Assembly (NCBI GenBank): GCA_038147295.1
Contig: JAYQTH010000001.1
Span: 84,770-148,769 of the forward strand
From: Gammaproteobacteria bacterium
GTDB lineage: Bacteria > Pseudomonadota > Gammaproteobacteria > Magnimaribacterales > TMED112
Direction: 5' to 3'
DNA: 64,000 nt
In this document: piece by piece, positions 1-9,221 of the stretch
How positions within the stretch are numbered: position 1 is the stretch's first letter
Layout: each line of letters begins with the position of its first letter
The notes under the pieces: generated by a model
Database searches by the model: none
What the model was told of the DNA's origin: nothing
The model's input: only the letters and a program-made list of their open reading frames with translations
Program-made: the position numbers and the translations under genes

Positions 1-392
1 AGAGCATACTTGCCGTCGTAATCGTGAATAGAATAAATGTATGGGTCGCCGTTTTTATCAAGGTACTTAATAGCATCACCAAGCTTGTCTTTATAATTGA
101 TTCCTATTACATCAATGTTATAAGTCTCACTTAGCTCATTTAAAAAGGGGTGCTCAACCAAGCAAGTAATACACCAACTGGCCCATACATTAAGCAAGAC
201 TGTGCCGTTGTTAAGTTCAATTTCATTAACTTTCTCACCATTGAGTTTTAAAAGCTCAAAACCACTGGGCAAACTTTTTCCCTCTTGGGTTTTTACATTT
301 GATATTTTTGGGGCATTCAAAGATAAGGCAAAAAACCAAACCAAAGCTATCAATAGTGCTGCCGTCAGAAGAACAATAATTCTTTTCATCAT
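1..392 (-). CDS. ccmG: Thiol:disulfide interchange protein CcmG/DsbE (C-terminus runs off the window)
   Basis: Not in the ORF track. Manual translation gives M(M)KRIIVLLTAALLIALVWFFALSL...VLLNVWASWCITCLVEHP: an N-terminal TM segment and a WCxxC motif. Its start overlaps the ccmF stop. Confidence 0.9.
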   Translation of the reverse strand, partial: MMKRIIVLLTAALLIALVWFFALSLNAPKISNVKTQEGKSLPSGFELLKLNGEKVNEIELNNGTVLLNVWASWCITCLVEHPFLNELSETYNIDVIGINYKDKLGDAIKYLDKNGDPYIYSIHDYDGKYA

Positions 393-2200
393 GCTCTCCT
401 TATCGTTCCATAAAGCATAGAAACAAGCAATAAACCAGCTGAAAGCCATATTATAAAGATGCCATACTTGATCGAAAAAGCTGCTGACCAGGATCCATCT
501 TCAAACCTATCTCCAAGAACAATTAAGTAATCTTTGATAATGTTGGAATTAACAGCGGTTTCCGAGGTGATTTGTCCACCTACCTTATAAATCCTTTTTT
601 CAGGAGTAAGGGCAAAATTTTCATTGACTACAAAGTTTGCTTTAACAGAATCAAAATTTTGTTCAGCCATAATATCAATACTTTCAAATTGAATATCAGC
701 ATTCATTACTTTTATTTCATCTCCTGGAGAAATTCTAATATCAACACGTTCTGAAAAATTATGGTTAAAGATAATAGCTAGCGTCATTAAGGCCACTGAA
801 AAATGTCCTAAAACCTTATGAGGTTGGATTAAGGTTCTTCTTTGCTGAAAATCGTAAATCGCTTTTATTACCAAGACTACCAAAAACATGAAAGAAAAAA
901 TGAGGTTTAGGTATACGTTTGCTGGCAACACTATAAAAAGCGCTGTTGCTGAAACAATCAGCAAACCGCTAAGCTTAAAAATTGTTTTTTTACTTAAACT
1001 CATAAATTGCTCATAGGTAAATAATGCGATCAAAACAAGCACTAGGGGTGAAATGAGCTGAGAAAAATAATCAGGACCAATGCTAAGCTTTTGTCTGAAT
1101 ATAACCTCGGTAAGTATTGGGTACAAAGTACCAATAAATACAACCAATAAAATACCCGATAACACAATGTTATTGAGAACCACTAGATAATTTCTTGAGC
1201 CTAGTTTTGGCCAGGCAGATTCCATTTTTGTAAAGTTTTTTATAAAGAGTGCAAATGATATCAATGAAAATAAGGCAAAGATGCTAAGCAAGAAAATTCC
1301 TCTAGAGGGGTCAGCTGCAAAACTGTGAACGCTGTTGAGGATTCCAGAGCGCACAATGAATGATCCAAAAACTGAAAGTAAAAAAGTAAGGATAGCTAAA
1401 AATACCATCCATGAAAGCAAAAGCTTATCGCGACTGTAGACTAAAGAGTGAGTCAAAGCAGTCCCAGCTATCCAAGGCATAAGGGAGATATTCTCAACAG
1501 GATCCCAGAACCAATATCCACCCCAACCCAATTCATAGTAGGCCCAAATCGAACCAAGCAAAATGCCAAAAGATAATGTAAACCATGAAATGCCAGCCCA
1601 TATCTTTAGATGCTGAAATAATTCTTTTGAAAACCCACTAAATAGACCCGCAATGACATAACAAAAAGTCACAGCATAAAACACATAACCAGAAAAAATT
1701 ATCGGAGGGTGAATTGCTAGCAAAGGGTCTTGGAGCAAGGGGTTAAGGTCTGCTCCATTTACTGGAGCAAAGTCCAACCTTAAAAATGGACTTGATACAA
1801 AAATCATGAAAAGCAAATAAGTGAAAACAATAATGCCTTGTGATGTTATGACATAGGATGTGAAAGCATGATCTTTGCTGATATAGAGACCAACAGAGCT
1901 TGCAAAACTTAAGAGCAGAATCATTAAAAAGAATGAACCCTCATGGGCCGACCAGAAAGCTGAGACTTTGTAAAAGGTTGGCAATAATACGTTTGAATTT
2001 TGAGCTACATATAGAAAGGAAAAATCATTGGTCAAAAATTTGGATAACAGGTACACAGCACCCCCCAAAAGGAATAGAAACGTGGCATAGCTAAGATTTT
2101 TAGCGAGTAGTATTTTTTGTTTTAACGAAACAATAATCTGAAGTGAAGCAGAAAATAATGCTAGACCTAAAAAAATATTGCCTAAGACATCAGGGCTGAT
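389..2200 (-). CDS. ccmF: Cytochrome c heme lyase subunit CcmF
   Basis: WAYYELGWGGYWFWDPVEN and SVHSFA motifs. The frame stays open 44 codons upstream of the track start (ISPDVLGNIFLGLALF...). The start codon is non-canonical (ATC at 2200 or ATT at 2206). Confidence 0.93.
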   Translation of the reverse strand: MSPDVLGNIFLGLALFSASLQIIVSLKQKILLAKNLSYATFLFLLGGAVYLLSKFLTNDFSFLYVAQNSNVLLPTFYKVSAFWSAHEGSFFLMILLLSFASSVGLYISKDHAFTSYVITSQGIIVFTYLLFMIFVSSPFLRLDFAPVNGADLNPLLQDPLLAIHPPIIFSGYVFYAVTFCYVIAGLFSGFSKELFQHLKIWAGISWFTLSFGILLGSIWAYYELGWGGYWFWDPVENISLMPWIAGTALTHSLVYSRDKLLLSWMVFLAILTFLLSVFGSFIVRSGILNSVHSFAADPSRGIFLLSIFALFSLISFALFIKNFTKMESAWPKLGSRNYLVVLNNIVLSGILLVVFIGTLYPILTEVIFRQKLSIGPDYFSQLISPLVLVLIALFTYEQFMSLSKKTIFKLSGLLIVSATALFIVLPANVYLNLIFSFMFLVVLVIKAIYDFQQRRTLIQPHKVLGHFSVALMTLAIIFNHNFSERVDIRISPGDEIKVMNADIQFESIDIMAEQNFDSVKANFVVNENFALTPEKRIYKVGGQITSETAVNSNIIKDYLIVLGDRFEDGSWSAAFSIKYGIFIIWLSAGLLLVSMLYGTIRRA

Positions 2201-2201
2201 A

Positions 2202-2618
2202 TTAATTTTCCACCTCTATTTTTATTGGCATATAATTCTCATCGTGTTTAGCTAGTATCTCGTCTGCAACAAAAATTTCTGCATTTTGGTCATAAAAACC
2301 TGAAGCAACTACCCCACTATTTTCTTTAAACAAACTTGGCAAAACACCAGAATAATTTACAGTCATTGAATTTTTAAAATCTGTAACTACGAAGGTCACA
2401 TCAAGCTCACTTCCAGTCTCAATAGAATCAATTGCGACCATACCGCCAAGTTTAAAGCTGCCATCTATCTCATACTGACCTGATTTGGCCTGAGTTGGAG
2501 TTAAATATAGATCAATGTTTTTATTCATGGCCTGCAAAACAAAGTAAACAATAGCTACAGCAGCAAATATAAATGTACAAAGTAAATAAATTCTATTTGC
2601 TCTATTTTTTCTAATCAT
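2202..2618 (-). CDS. ccmE: Heme chaperone CcmE
   Basis: LAKHDENYMP heme-binding motif, N-terminal TM segment, ccm operon context. Confidence 0.95.
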   Translation of the reverse strand: MIRKNRANRIYLLCTFIFAAVAIVYFVLQAMNKNIDLYLTPTQAKSGQYEIDGSFKLGGMVAIDSIETGSELDVTFVVTDFKNSMTVNYSGVLPSLFKENSGVVASGFYDQNAEIFVADEILAKHDENYMPIKIEVEN

Positions 2619-2736
2619 AATCCTCTTGTAACTCCTTTACTTGATTACGAAATTTAATTTCAACCAAAGCTCCTAACCCAATTAATGTTGCAAATGCAAT
2701 AAAGTAGCAAGCGTACACCAACAGCAAATTATCCAT
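2611..2736 (-). CDS. ccmD: Heme exporter protein CcmD (41 aa)
   Basis: Not in the ORF track. Manual translation MDNLLLVYACYFIAFATLIGLGALVEIKFRNQVKELQEDYD* is a single TM segment plus charged tail lying between ccmC and ccmE. Confidence 0.8.
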   Translation of the reverse strand: MDNLLLVYACYFIAFATLIGLGALVEIKFRNQVKELQEDYD

Positions 2737-3460
2737 TCAATAACTCCCGAACTTTCTTTGTGTTTGAATTTCTAGATAAGATTTCAATCTGTATATTTCG
2801 ACTGAAAATAAAGAAAGCCAAAAAAGCAAAAGATAAAATCATAAGCGGTAGCGCATAAACCATTTCTGCATCGATTGAGCTACCACTAAAGGTGATGCTT
2901 GCACTCTGATGCAAAGTGTTCCACCACTCTACAGAAAATTTTATTATTGGAATGTTTATGGCGCCAATAATAGCGACAATTGAGACAATTTGGTCTGCTG
3001 TTTCTTTTGAATTGAACGAAGATTTTAAAGCTAAGATCCCTATGTATTGAATTAGCAATACAAACGTTGAAGTAATTCGCGCATCCCAAACCCAATAGGT
3101 TCCCCAGGTAGGCTTGCCCCATAAAGCGCCAGTCACTAGAACCAATGCTGTAAATACCAGCCCAATATTAATTGCGGAGCTTAAAAATATGGCTGAAATT
3201 TTAGTTCTCCAAACTAAATATATGAATCCATTTATGGCCATGAAAATGTAAACCAATTCTGAAAAAATAGCAGAAGGAACATGAACAAAAAGAATTCGAT
3301 ATACCTCAGATTGGGTAGCATCCGAAGGCAAAATAAATAAGCATAAATATGCAACCAACAAAAATGATATAGCTCCAATGCCAAGCGACCATAAGGCTGT
3401 AGCTCTACAAAATAAGAACACCTTCTCCAGTAAAAAATATTTCGCAATGTATTTGTACAT
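2729..3460 (-). CDS. ccmC: Heme exporter subunit CcmC
   Basis: WGKPTWGTYWVWDARIT (WWD domain), HVPSA and WWNTLHQ motifs. Confidence 0.95.
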   Translation of the reverse strand: MYKYIAKYFLLEKVFLFCRATALWSLGIGAISFLLVAYLCLFILPSDATQSEVYRILFVHVPSAIFSELVYIFMAINGFIYLVWRTKISAIFLSSAINIGLVFTALVLVTGALWGKPTWGTYWVWDARITSTFVLLIQYIGILALKSSFNSKETADQIVSIVAIIGAINIPIIKFSVEWWNTLHQSASITFSGSSIDAEMVYALPLMILSFAFLAFFIFSRNIQIEILSRNSNTKKVRELLNG

Positions 3461-3461
3461 T

Positions 3462-4079
3462 TTATCTACTCTGAATTTCCAAGACTTTAGCTGTTAAGTA
3501 ATTTATAAAAAACAATCCAAAAATAAAATAAGCCATTAAAAAATAAAAGTTTGGCTCCCACACACCATCTACCACTACACCTTTAACTAGTATTATAAAA
3601 GGTATTAAAAGTGGAATAATAATTAAGGCGTTCAAAGAATTATTTCTTCTTACAGAAACTACGCTACCTAACTGAAAGAAAAAATTAAGAGTCAAAAGAG
3701 AAACTAAGTAGGCAAAACTAAAGCTAGCAGCACTCATGCCAGTGGGTAATGAACCAAAAATAAAGTTAAGTCCAAGCATTGGTATAAAAATAAACATTAA
3801 TTGAGTGATGTACTTTGCGAAGAAGTAATAAAACAGGTTGCTTTGCTCACACAAGAGCTTCTCGATGTATCCATTAAGAAAATCATCTTTAAATGTATTT
3901 TCAGAAATAATTAATACAGTAATAAAAGAAGCAATAAATAAACTTGCATACTGAAACAACTGCCCGTCATCAAGTATGAGAAAGATTAGAAATATTACTG
4001 AAAATACCGATAAAGGTAGGTAAATATTTTTTGGCACACCAAAAAACAACAATAACTCTCTTTTTAGAGCACTAAGCAT
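3462..4079 (-). CDS. ccmB: Heme exporter permease CcmB
   Basis: Hydrophobic protein with FKDDFLNGYIE and PLLIP motifs. Start placed at MLSALKRE, overlapping the ccmA end. Confidence 0.88.
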   Translation of the reverse strand: MLSALKRELLLFFGVPKNIYLPLSVFSVIFLIFLILDDGQLFQYASLFIASFITVLIISENTFKDDFLNGYIEKLLCEQSNLFYYFFAKYITQLMFIFIPMLGLNFIFGSLPTGMSAASFSFAYLVSLLTLNFFFQLGSVVSVRRNNSLNALIIIPLLIPFIILVKGVVVDGVWEPNFYFLMAYFIFGLFFINYLTAKVLEIQSR

Positions 4080-4644
4080 AACCCTTCTCCATACTGATAA
4101 TATTGCTGCTTGAAATAATCTGTTGATGGTTTGCAACCACAATGGTTCCACCCTCTTTTACATGTTCAGTAAAAATACTTTCTAGAGTAGCAACACTTAG
4201 ATCATCTAGGCCGGCATATGGCTCATCTAAAATCCATATTTTTTTCCCAGACTGCAATGTCCTTTGCAGCGCTATTTTTCTTTTTTCCCCGTATGAGAGG
4301 TTATTTAGTTTTTGGTTTCTCAATCTGAAAATATTGAGTTTTTGGGCTAAAGCTTTATCTATGCTTATTCCATCTAAGGCAAAATTTTGCCTGAAGCTCA
4401 ATTCTTCCACCATTGCATTGGAATGGCCTAAGTAGGATATATCTCCAAAAACAACTTGTTGTGTGTTAAGGCTATTTGACTTAATTAATCCACATAAGAT
4501 CTTCAAAAGGGAAGATTTTCCGGATCCATTGCCGCCCCTAATTTCAGAAATTGTGCCAGCTTGAACCTCAAAAGATATATCTGTGAAAATATCATTGCCA
4601 TCTATGGTATGGCTCAATGAATTTGCTGAAAATAAAACTGTCAT
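4072..4644 (-). CDS. ccmA: Heme exporter ATP-binding protein CcmA
   Basis: Walker A GGNGSGKS, signature LSYGE, Walker B WILDEP; first gene of the ccm operon. Confidence 0.92.
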   Translation of the reverse strand: MTVLFSANSLSHTIDGNDIFTDISFEVQAGTISEIRGGNGSGKSSLLKILCGLIKSNSLNTQQVVFGDISYLGHSNAMVEELSFRQNFALDGISIDKALAQKLNIFRLRNQKLNNLSYGEKRKIALQRTLQSGKKIWILDEPYAGLDDLSVATLESIFTEHVKEGGTIVVANHQQIISSSNIISMEKGYA

Positions 4645-4824
4645 GAAGTTAACCTGCTGCCCTGAAAATAAAATACGATAATACCTTGCAATCCCTTTAT
4701 ATATATGGATTTTAAATGAATTTTCAACCCGAAAATTTGGGGGTATAATTTCCTAAACCAATACTATAAGTGTCTGGTTTTTTTCCATATGGTATTATTT
4801 TAACAACGTAAAAAAGGGAATTAC

Positions 4825-6003
4825 ATGAGATATATCGCATTAACTTTACTTCTTTCATTTAGCACAATTGCAGAAACCACATATCCAGATACAGACTGGG
4901 AATCTAGATCACCAGAGAGTCTTGGCTTAAATCCAAGCAAAGTTGATCGATTGCTGGATGCATCCTTTGTGGATGATTCAACGATGGCTACAGTGCTCAT
5001 TAAAAATGGCTACATAGTAGGTGAGCGATATGCAGAAGGTTATGATCAAAACTCAAGAGGCACATCTTGGTCAGTGGCTAAAAGTTATTACGCAAGTCTG
5101 ATTGGTACCGCTATTGATAGAGGTGAAATTGCATCATTGGACGATAAGGTGTCTAACTATCTGCCTTATTTTATTGAAGACAGACAAGATATAACCATTA
5201 GACAAGTATTAAATATGTCGAGTGGTCTCGAATACCCAGCGAACCAACATGAAAATATGTTTTTTGAAAAAGACCATCTGGCCTATGCGAAAACAATTAA
5301 AAGGGATAAAGAGCCTGATTCAAAATTTGAGTACAACAATGTTAACTCCATGCTTTTAAGCGATATATTGCTTCGAGCAACTGGAAAAAGTGCTAAAACA
5401 CTACTGAAAGAGAGAATAATGGACCCAACCAAAGTTTCTTCTTATTCTGCCTGGACTGATAATGCTGGCAATACATTGTCCTATTGTTGTCTTGATATGT
5501 CGGCACGAGACTATGCAAGATTTGGCTTGTTGTTTTCACGCAACGGAAAATGGGGAGATGAACAGTTAATATCTGAGGAATTTGTTAACGAGACATTTCA
5601 GCAAGTTTGGGACTTGCCACCTGAAAATGGTTACCAATCAGAACGTGGTTATTCTTTGCATTGGTGGATATCAAGATTTGATGAAGAAAGAAAAATTTTC
5701 AATGCCAGCGGTAAATTCGGACAATACATTTTTGTTGATAGAGAGAAGGATGTGGTATTTGTCAGAATAACCAAATACACACCTCCATCTGGTGATGTTC
5801 AAGACCTTGGTTTTCTATACGGGTTAAGTTTTTTGGGTATGGATAATGTTATAGGCTTGGCTAGACTCTTTATTGAATGGGGTCTCTTAAACGCAGATGG
5901 AAACATTATTTCTCCAGCAACTTTAGAGGAAGGTGTATCAAGAGAATTCATAAGAGATTACTCACAAATAATCGATTACCTGACATTCCTAGAAGATGAA
6001 TAG
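4825..6003 (+). CDS. Exported serine hydrolase, beta-lactamase class C/NylB-like family
   Basis: Signal peptide, SxxK (SVAK), YNN, ASGKFGQ; SD-like AAGGGA upstream. Confidence 0.85.
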   Translation: MRYIALTLLLSFSTIAETTYPDTDWESRSPESLGLNPSKVDRLLDASFVDDSTMATVLIKNGYIVGERYAEGYDQNSRGTSWSVAKSYYASLIGTAIDRGEIASLDDKVSNYLPYFIEDRQDITIRQVLNMSSGLEYPANQHENMFFEKDHLAYAKTIKRDKEPDSKFEYNNVNSMLLSDILLRATGKSAKTLLKERIMDPTKVSSYSAWTDNAGNTLSYCCLDMSARDYARFGLLFSRNGKWGDEQLISEEFVNETFQQVWDLPPENGYQSERGYSLHWWISRFDEERKIFNASGKFGQYIFVDREKDVVFVRITKYTPPSGDVQDLGFLYGLSFLGMDNVIGLARLFIEWGLLNADGNIISPATLEEGVSREFIRDYSQIIDYLTFLEDE

Positions 6004-7180
6004 AATTCTCTTTGCCTTATTAATTTCTTTTGCTGCCAACTTTTCTGCTGATGAAGCAATCAATCAAGAAGTAAAAAAACAGTTAGTTGAGCTCATAGAA
6101 TCCGACGATGCCACTCAAGCATTTATCATGTCGCATAATAACGAAATTATTCATGAATATTATGGAGAGAACTATAGCGAAGACGACTTAGCGACCTCTT
6201 GGTCAATAGCTAAAACCTTTTATGCTGCTCTTATTGGTGTGGCAATAGAGCAGGATCTCATTACGTTTGAGGATCTCAACAAACCTTTAAGCTTCTTCAT
6301 ACCTGAGTTATCAAGAGACGTTAAAGCTGATATTACTCTCTACAACTTATTAGCAATGAAAACGGGCTTGGCCATTACTGAATACTACAACGAAGAAATG
6401 TTTTTCTCGAAAGACAATCTCGCTTTTGCAATGAAAGTAAAACCAAACTTAGAACAAGGTGTGGTTTATGAATACAACAACGTAAACACCATGTTGCTTA
6501 ACCCAGTCATTCAAACAATTTTTGGTAAAGAGCCACACGAAGTATTGGTTGAAGAAATTTTTGAGCCTTTGGGTATTAAAAAATATGGCTTATGGAGCGA
6601 TATGGCTGGTAACGACATGACCTACTATGGTGTTGATTTAAAACCCTTAGACTTTTTAAAATTTACCAATCTCATAGCCAACAAGGGCGAATACAATGGC
6701 GTTCAACTTATTGATTCTTATTTCTTAAATCAGTCGATGAAACCTTTATCTGAAGGAACTGGAGAATGGTTTGGCTTGCATTGGAGCGTAAGGAAATTTA
6801 ATGAAAACAAAACCTTAGTTGGTCTTGAAGTAACCGATGGTCAATTTGCATTCTTTGTGCCTGAAGAAAATATTTCCCTCGTAAGATTTACCAAATACTT
6901 CCATAACTACGACAAAGGTCATCAGATAAAATTTGGGCCTCTTGAATATTTGCTTTGGATGCCTTATTCCTGGATTAAGTACATTACCTTAATGCTAGCA
7001 ACTGAGCCCGAGCCCGGAGCTGCACCTGTGGATGACCCAAGTTTGAATTTCCCTGACACAAAATCCTTAGGGGTTTCAAATTTAAATTGCCCTTTCACTG
7101 CCCCGGATATTTGTCCCGGTGTAAATAAGATTCAAAATCTAATTTTTGGTCTGGGTGATGTGAGTCAGCCCACTCAATAG
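5996..7180 (+). CDS. Exported serine hydrolase, beta-lactamase-like family (paralog of the upstream gene)
   Basis: Signal peptide, SWSIAKT, EYNNVN; clear similarity to 4825..6003. Confidence 0.82.
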   Translation: MNRILFALLISFAANFSADEAINQEVKKQLVELIESDDATQAFIMSHNNEIIHEYYGENYSEDDLATSWSIAKTFYAALIGVAIEQDLITFEDLNKPLSFFIPELSRDVKADITLYNLLAMKTGLAITEYYNEEMFFSKDNLAFAMKVKPNLEQGVVYEYNNVNTMLLNPVIQTIFGKEPHEVLVEEIFEPLGIKKYGLWSDMAGNDMTYYGVDLKPLDFLKFTNLIANKGEYNGVQLIDSYFLNQSMKPLSEGTGEWFGLHWSVRKFNENKTLVGLEVTDGQFAFFVPEENISLVRFTKYFHNYDKGHQIKFGPLEYLLWMPYSWIKYITLMLATEPEPGAAPVDDPSLNFPDTKSLGVSNLNCPFTAPDICPGVNKIQNLIFGLGDVSQPTQ

Positions 7181-7181
7181 T

Positions 7182-8216
7182 ATGCTAAAGAAACTTATCG
7201 CTGGACTGGTTCTTATAGGGGCCTGTTTTATTGGAGTCAGCTATTACGTCTCCATGCCTGTGGTGGACGGAGTGCGCGAAGGTCGGCCATTTGTTATCGC
7301 TGATTCGTCACAGGCACTGACCTTTGCACGAACCGACGCCACTCTGATACTGGTGTCGGATCATGACGGTGAGAGTCTCCGTGGCGTTAATCTCACCGAA
7401 ATCTATGGTGGCGACGCTACCAAAGACTTATTTACATTTCTCGAGGTGTTCGACGCCTCATCCCTCGCAGAGACTGAAGCTGCACTTGAATCTTTTGCGA
7501 TTGACGAGCTAATTCAACCCGCGATATACCCATATCCAAGCGTAGCTGCGGGGACGAATTTCCGAGAGCATGCTGAAGAGGTTTACTCGGATGATCCACC
7601 GTTTTTATTTCCCAAACTTGTTGAGGCAGGCTCTTGGAATCAGACCGTGCCGTTTGTTTCTAGGCTTGATTTTGAAGCCGAGATTTGTGCGTTCCCATTA
7701 GATGATATTCGACCTAATAAGCCTAGACCACGCTTCGGCTTTGTTCTGTGCAATGACTTTACAGATCGCTGGTCATTAGTCAGCGAAATTGCCCTCGATG
7801 AGCCCCTCGGCCGAACAGGCTTTGCAACAGGAAAAGGCTGCAATGGGTGTTTCCCTACGGGGTATCTGGTCGTCATACCGCAAGACCCTGATTTTTATAG
7901 ATCTATCTCCGCTGAATTGTTCGTCAATGATCGGCGCTTGCAAGCCTTTAGCCTCACTGAAATGATTCTTTCGCTCGATGAGATTGTCGATAAAGCATTG
8001 AACGATGCAGCCATTCTTTACCAACAAGGCGATAACAATGTGCCATTGCTACCAAGTGACCATATACCCAAAGGCACCCTGATTTTGATGGGCACTGGGG
8101 CCGGTGTTCTCTTCAAGCCCCTCAATATTTGGGGTCAGCAGTTTTATTTACAGACCGGTGATGTTGTGAGAACCCAAGCTACCTACCTCGGTCATCTCAC
8201 CAACAAAATTGAATAG
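7182..8216 (+). CDS. Fumarylacetoacetate hydrolase (FAH) family protein with N-terminal signal/anchor
   Basis: GTNFREHAEE, PFLFPK, LDFEAEI, CNDFTDR, GTGAG and LQTGDVV motifs; hydrophobic N-terminus; elevated GC. Confidence 0.85.
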   Translation: MLKKLIAGLVLIGACFIGVSYYVSMPVVDGVREGRPFVIADSSQALTFARTDATLILVSDHDGESLRGVNLTEIYGGDATKDLFTFLEVFDASSLAETEAALESFAIDELIQPAIYPYPSVAAGTNFREHAEEVYSDDPPFLFPKLVEAGSWNQTVPFVSRLDFEAEICAFPLDDIRPNKPRPRFGFVLCNDFTDRWSLVSEIALDEPLGRTGFATGKGCNGCFPTGYLVVIPQDPDFYRSISAELFVNDRRLQAFSLTEMILSLDEIVDKALNDAAILYQQGDNNVPLLPSDHIPKGTLILMGTGAGVLFKPLNIWGQQFYLQTGDVVRTQATYLGHLTNKIE

Positions 8217-8245
8217 AGGTGGGCTTTACGCCAACAAGGCTACTC

Positions 8246-9220
8246 CTACTCAATAATAGCTCTAATTCTTTTCTCTATTTCAGGAGTCAATAACTTTAGG
8301 ACCTCCATGGATCCCAAGTTATCCTCAAGCTGAGATATTTTTGAGGCACCTAAAATTACCGTGGAAACATTTTGATTTAATAAGCACCAAGCAATAGACA
8401 TCCTTGCTAAACTTACTCCCAGTTCATCGGCTATAACTTTTAAATCAATAATTTTTTGCATTCGGTCTTTACTATTATCAGTCTCGATCATTATCTTTCT
8501 GAGCCATTCGTAGCCTGGAAGATTGGCACGCGAGTCAGCTGGTACACCCTCGATATATTTGCCAGATAGTAATCCAGCTGCTAGAGGTGACCATATGGTT
8601 GTGCCCATCTTATAATCGTTAAAAATTGGTAAATAATCTTTCTCCAACCTGTTTGTGTAGAGCAGATTGTATTGAGGCTGCTCCATGGTTGGCGGAGTGA
8701 GGTTGTATTTTTCAGCAAACTCATAAGCTTCTCTAATTTGTGACTCTTCCCACTCGGATGTGCCCCAATAGATAATTTTCCCTTGTGTCACCAGGTTGTG
8801 CATTGCCCATACCGTTTCACCAATTGGTGTATCCGGATCAGCGCGGTGACAGAAAAATAAATCTAAGTAATCCACTTTCAAGCGCTTCATGGCCTGGTCG
8901 CATGCTTCTATGATATGTTTTTTGCTTAAACCCATCTGAGTTGGTAAAGGGTTTTCTTTAGCACCAAAAAATACTTTTGAGGATACGCAATAGGAATCTC
9001 GAGGATGGCTTAATGCATTTAAAGCTTCACCCATCACAATCTCTGATTGTCCATGTGCATAGGTTTCAGCATTATCAAAGAAATTGACTCCATGATCCAA
9101 ACAGATACCAAACATTTGTTGTGCTAACTTTGCATCAACCTGATTGCTAAAGGTTACCCAAGAACCAAAGGACAAAGCAGAAACTTTTAAACCTGAATTT
9201 CCTAACTTCCTATATTCCAT
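8246..9220 (-). CDS. Aldo/keto reductase (Kv-beta-like subfamily)
   Basis: LGNSGLKVSALSFGSW, FFDNAETY, YWGTSEW, EQPQYNL and WSPLA motifs. Confidence 0.92.
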   Translation of the reverse strand: MEYRKLGNSGLKVSALSFGSWVTFSNQVDAKLAQQMFGICLDHGVNFFDNAETYAHGQSEIVMGEALNALSHPRDSYCVSSKVFFGAKENPLPTQMGLSKKHIIEACDQAMKRLKVDYLDLFFCHRADPDTPIGETVWAMHNLVTQGKIIYWGTSEWEESQIREAYEFAEKYNLTPPTMEQPQYNLLYTNRLEKDYLPIFNDYKMGTTIWSPLAAGLLSGKYIEGVPADSRANLPGYEWLRKIMIETDNSKDRMQKIIDLKVIADELGVSLARMSIAWCLLNQNVSTVILGASKISQLEDNLGSMEVLKLLTPEIEKRIRAIIE

Positions 9221-9221
9221 A

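Noticed and set aside
2111..2125. Suspected frameshift at the ccmF 5' end
   Set aside because: Recounting the A-runs shows the frame is continuous (VSLKQKILLAKN); only the start codon is atypical.
4825..7180. Beta-lactam resistance genes
   Set aside because: The motif pattern fits the broad esterase/amidase branch of the fold, with no class A/C KTG motif and no mobile context.
8212..8250. Integron attC-like site after the GC-rich FAH gene
   Set aside because: The gap is only about 30 bp, there is no proper RYYYAAC...GTTRRRY pair, and no integron integrase is present.
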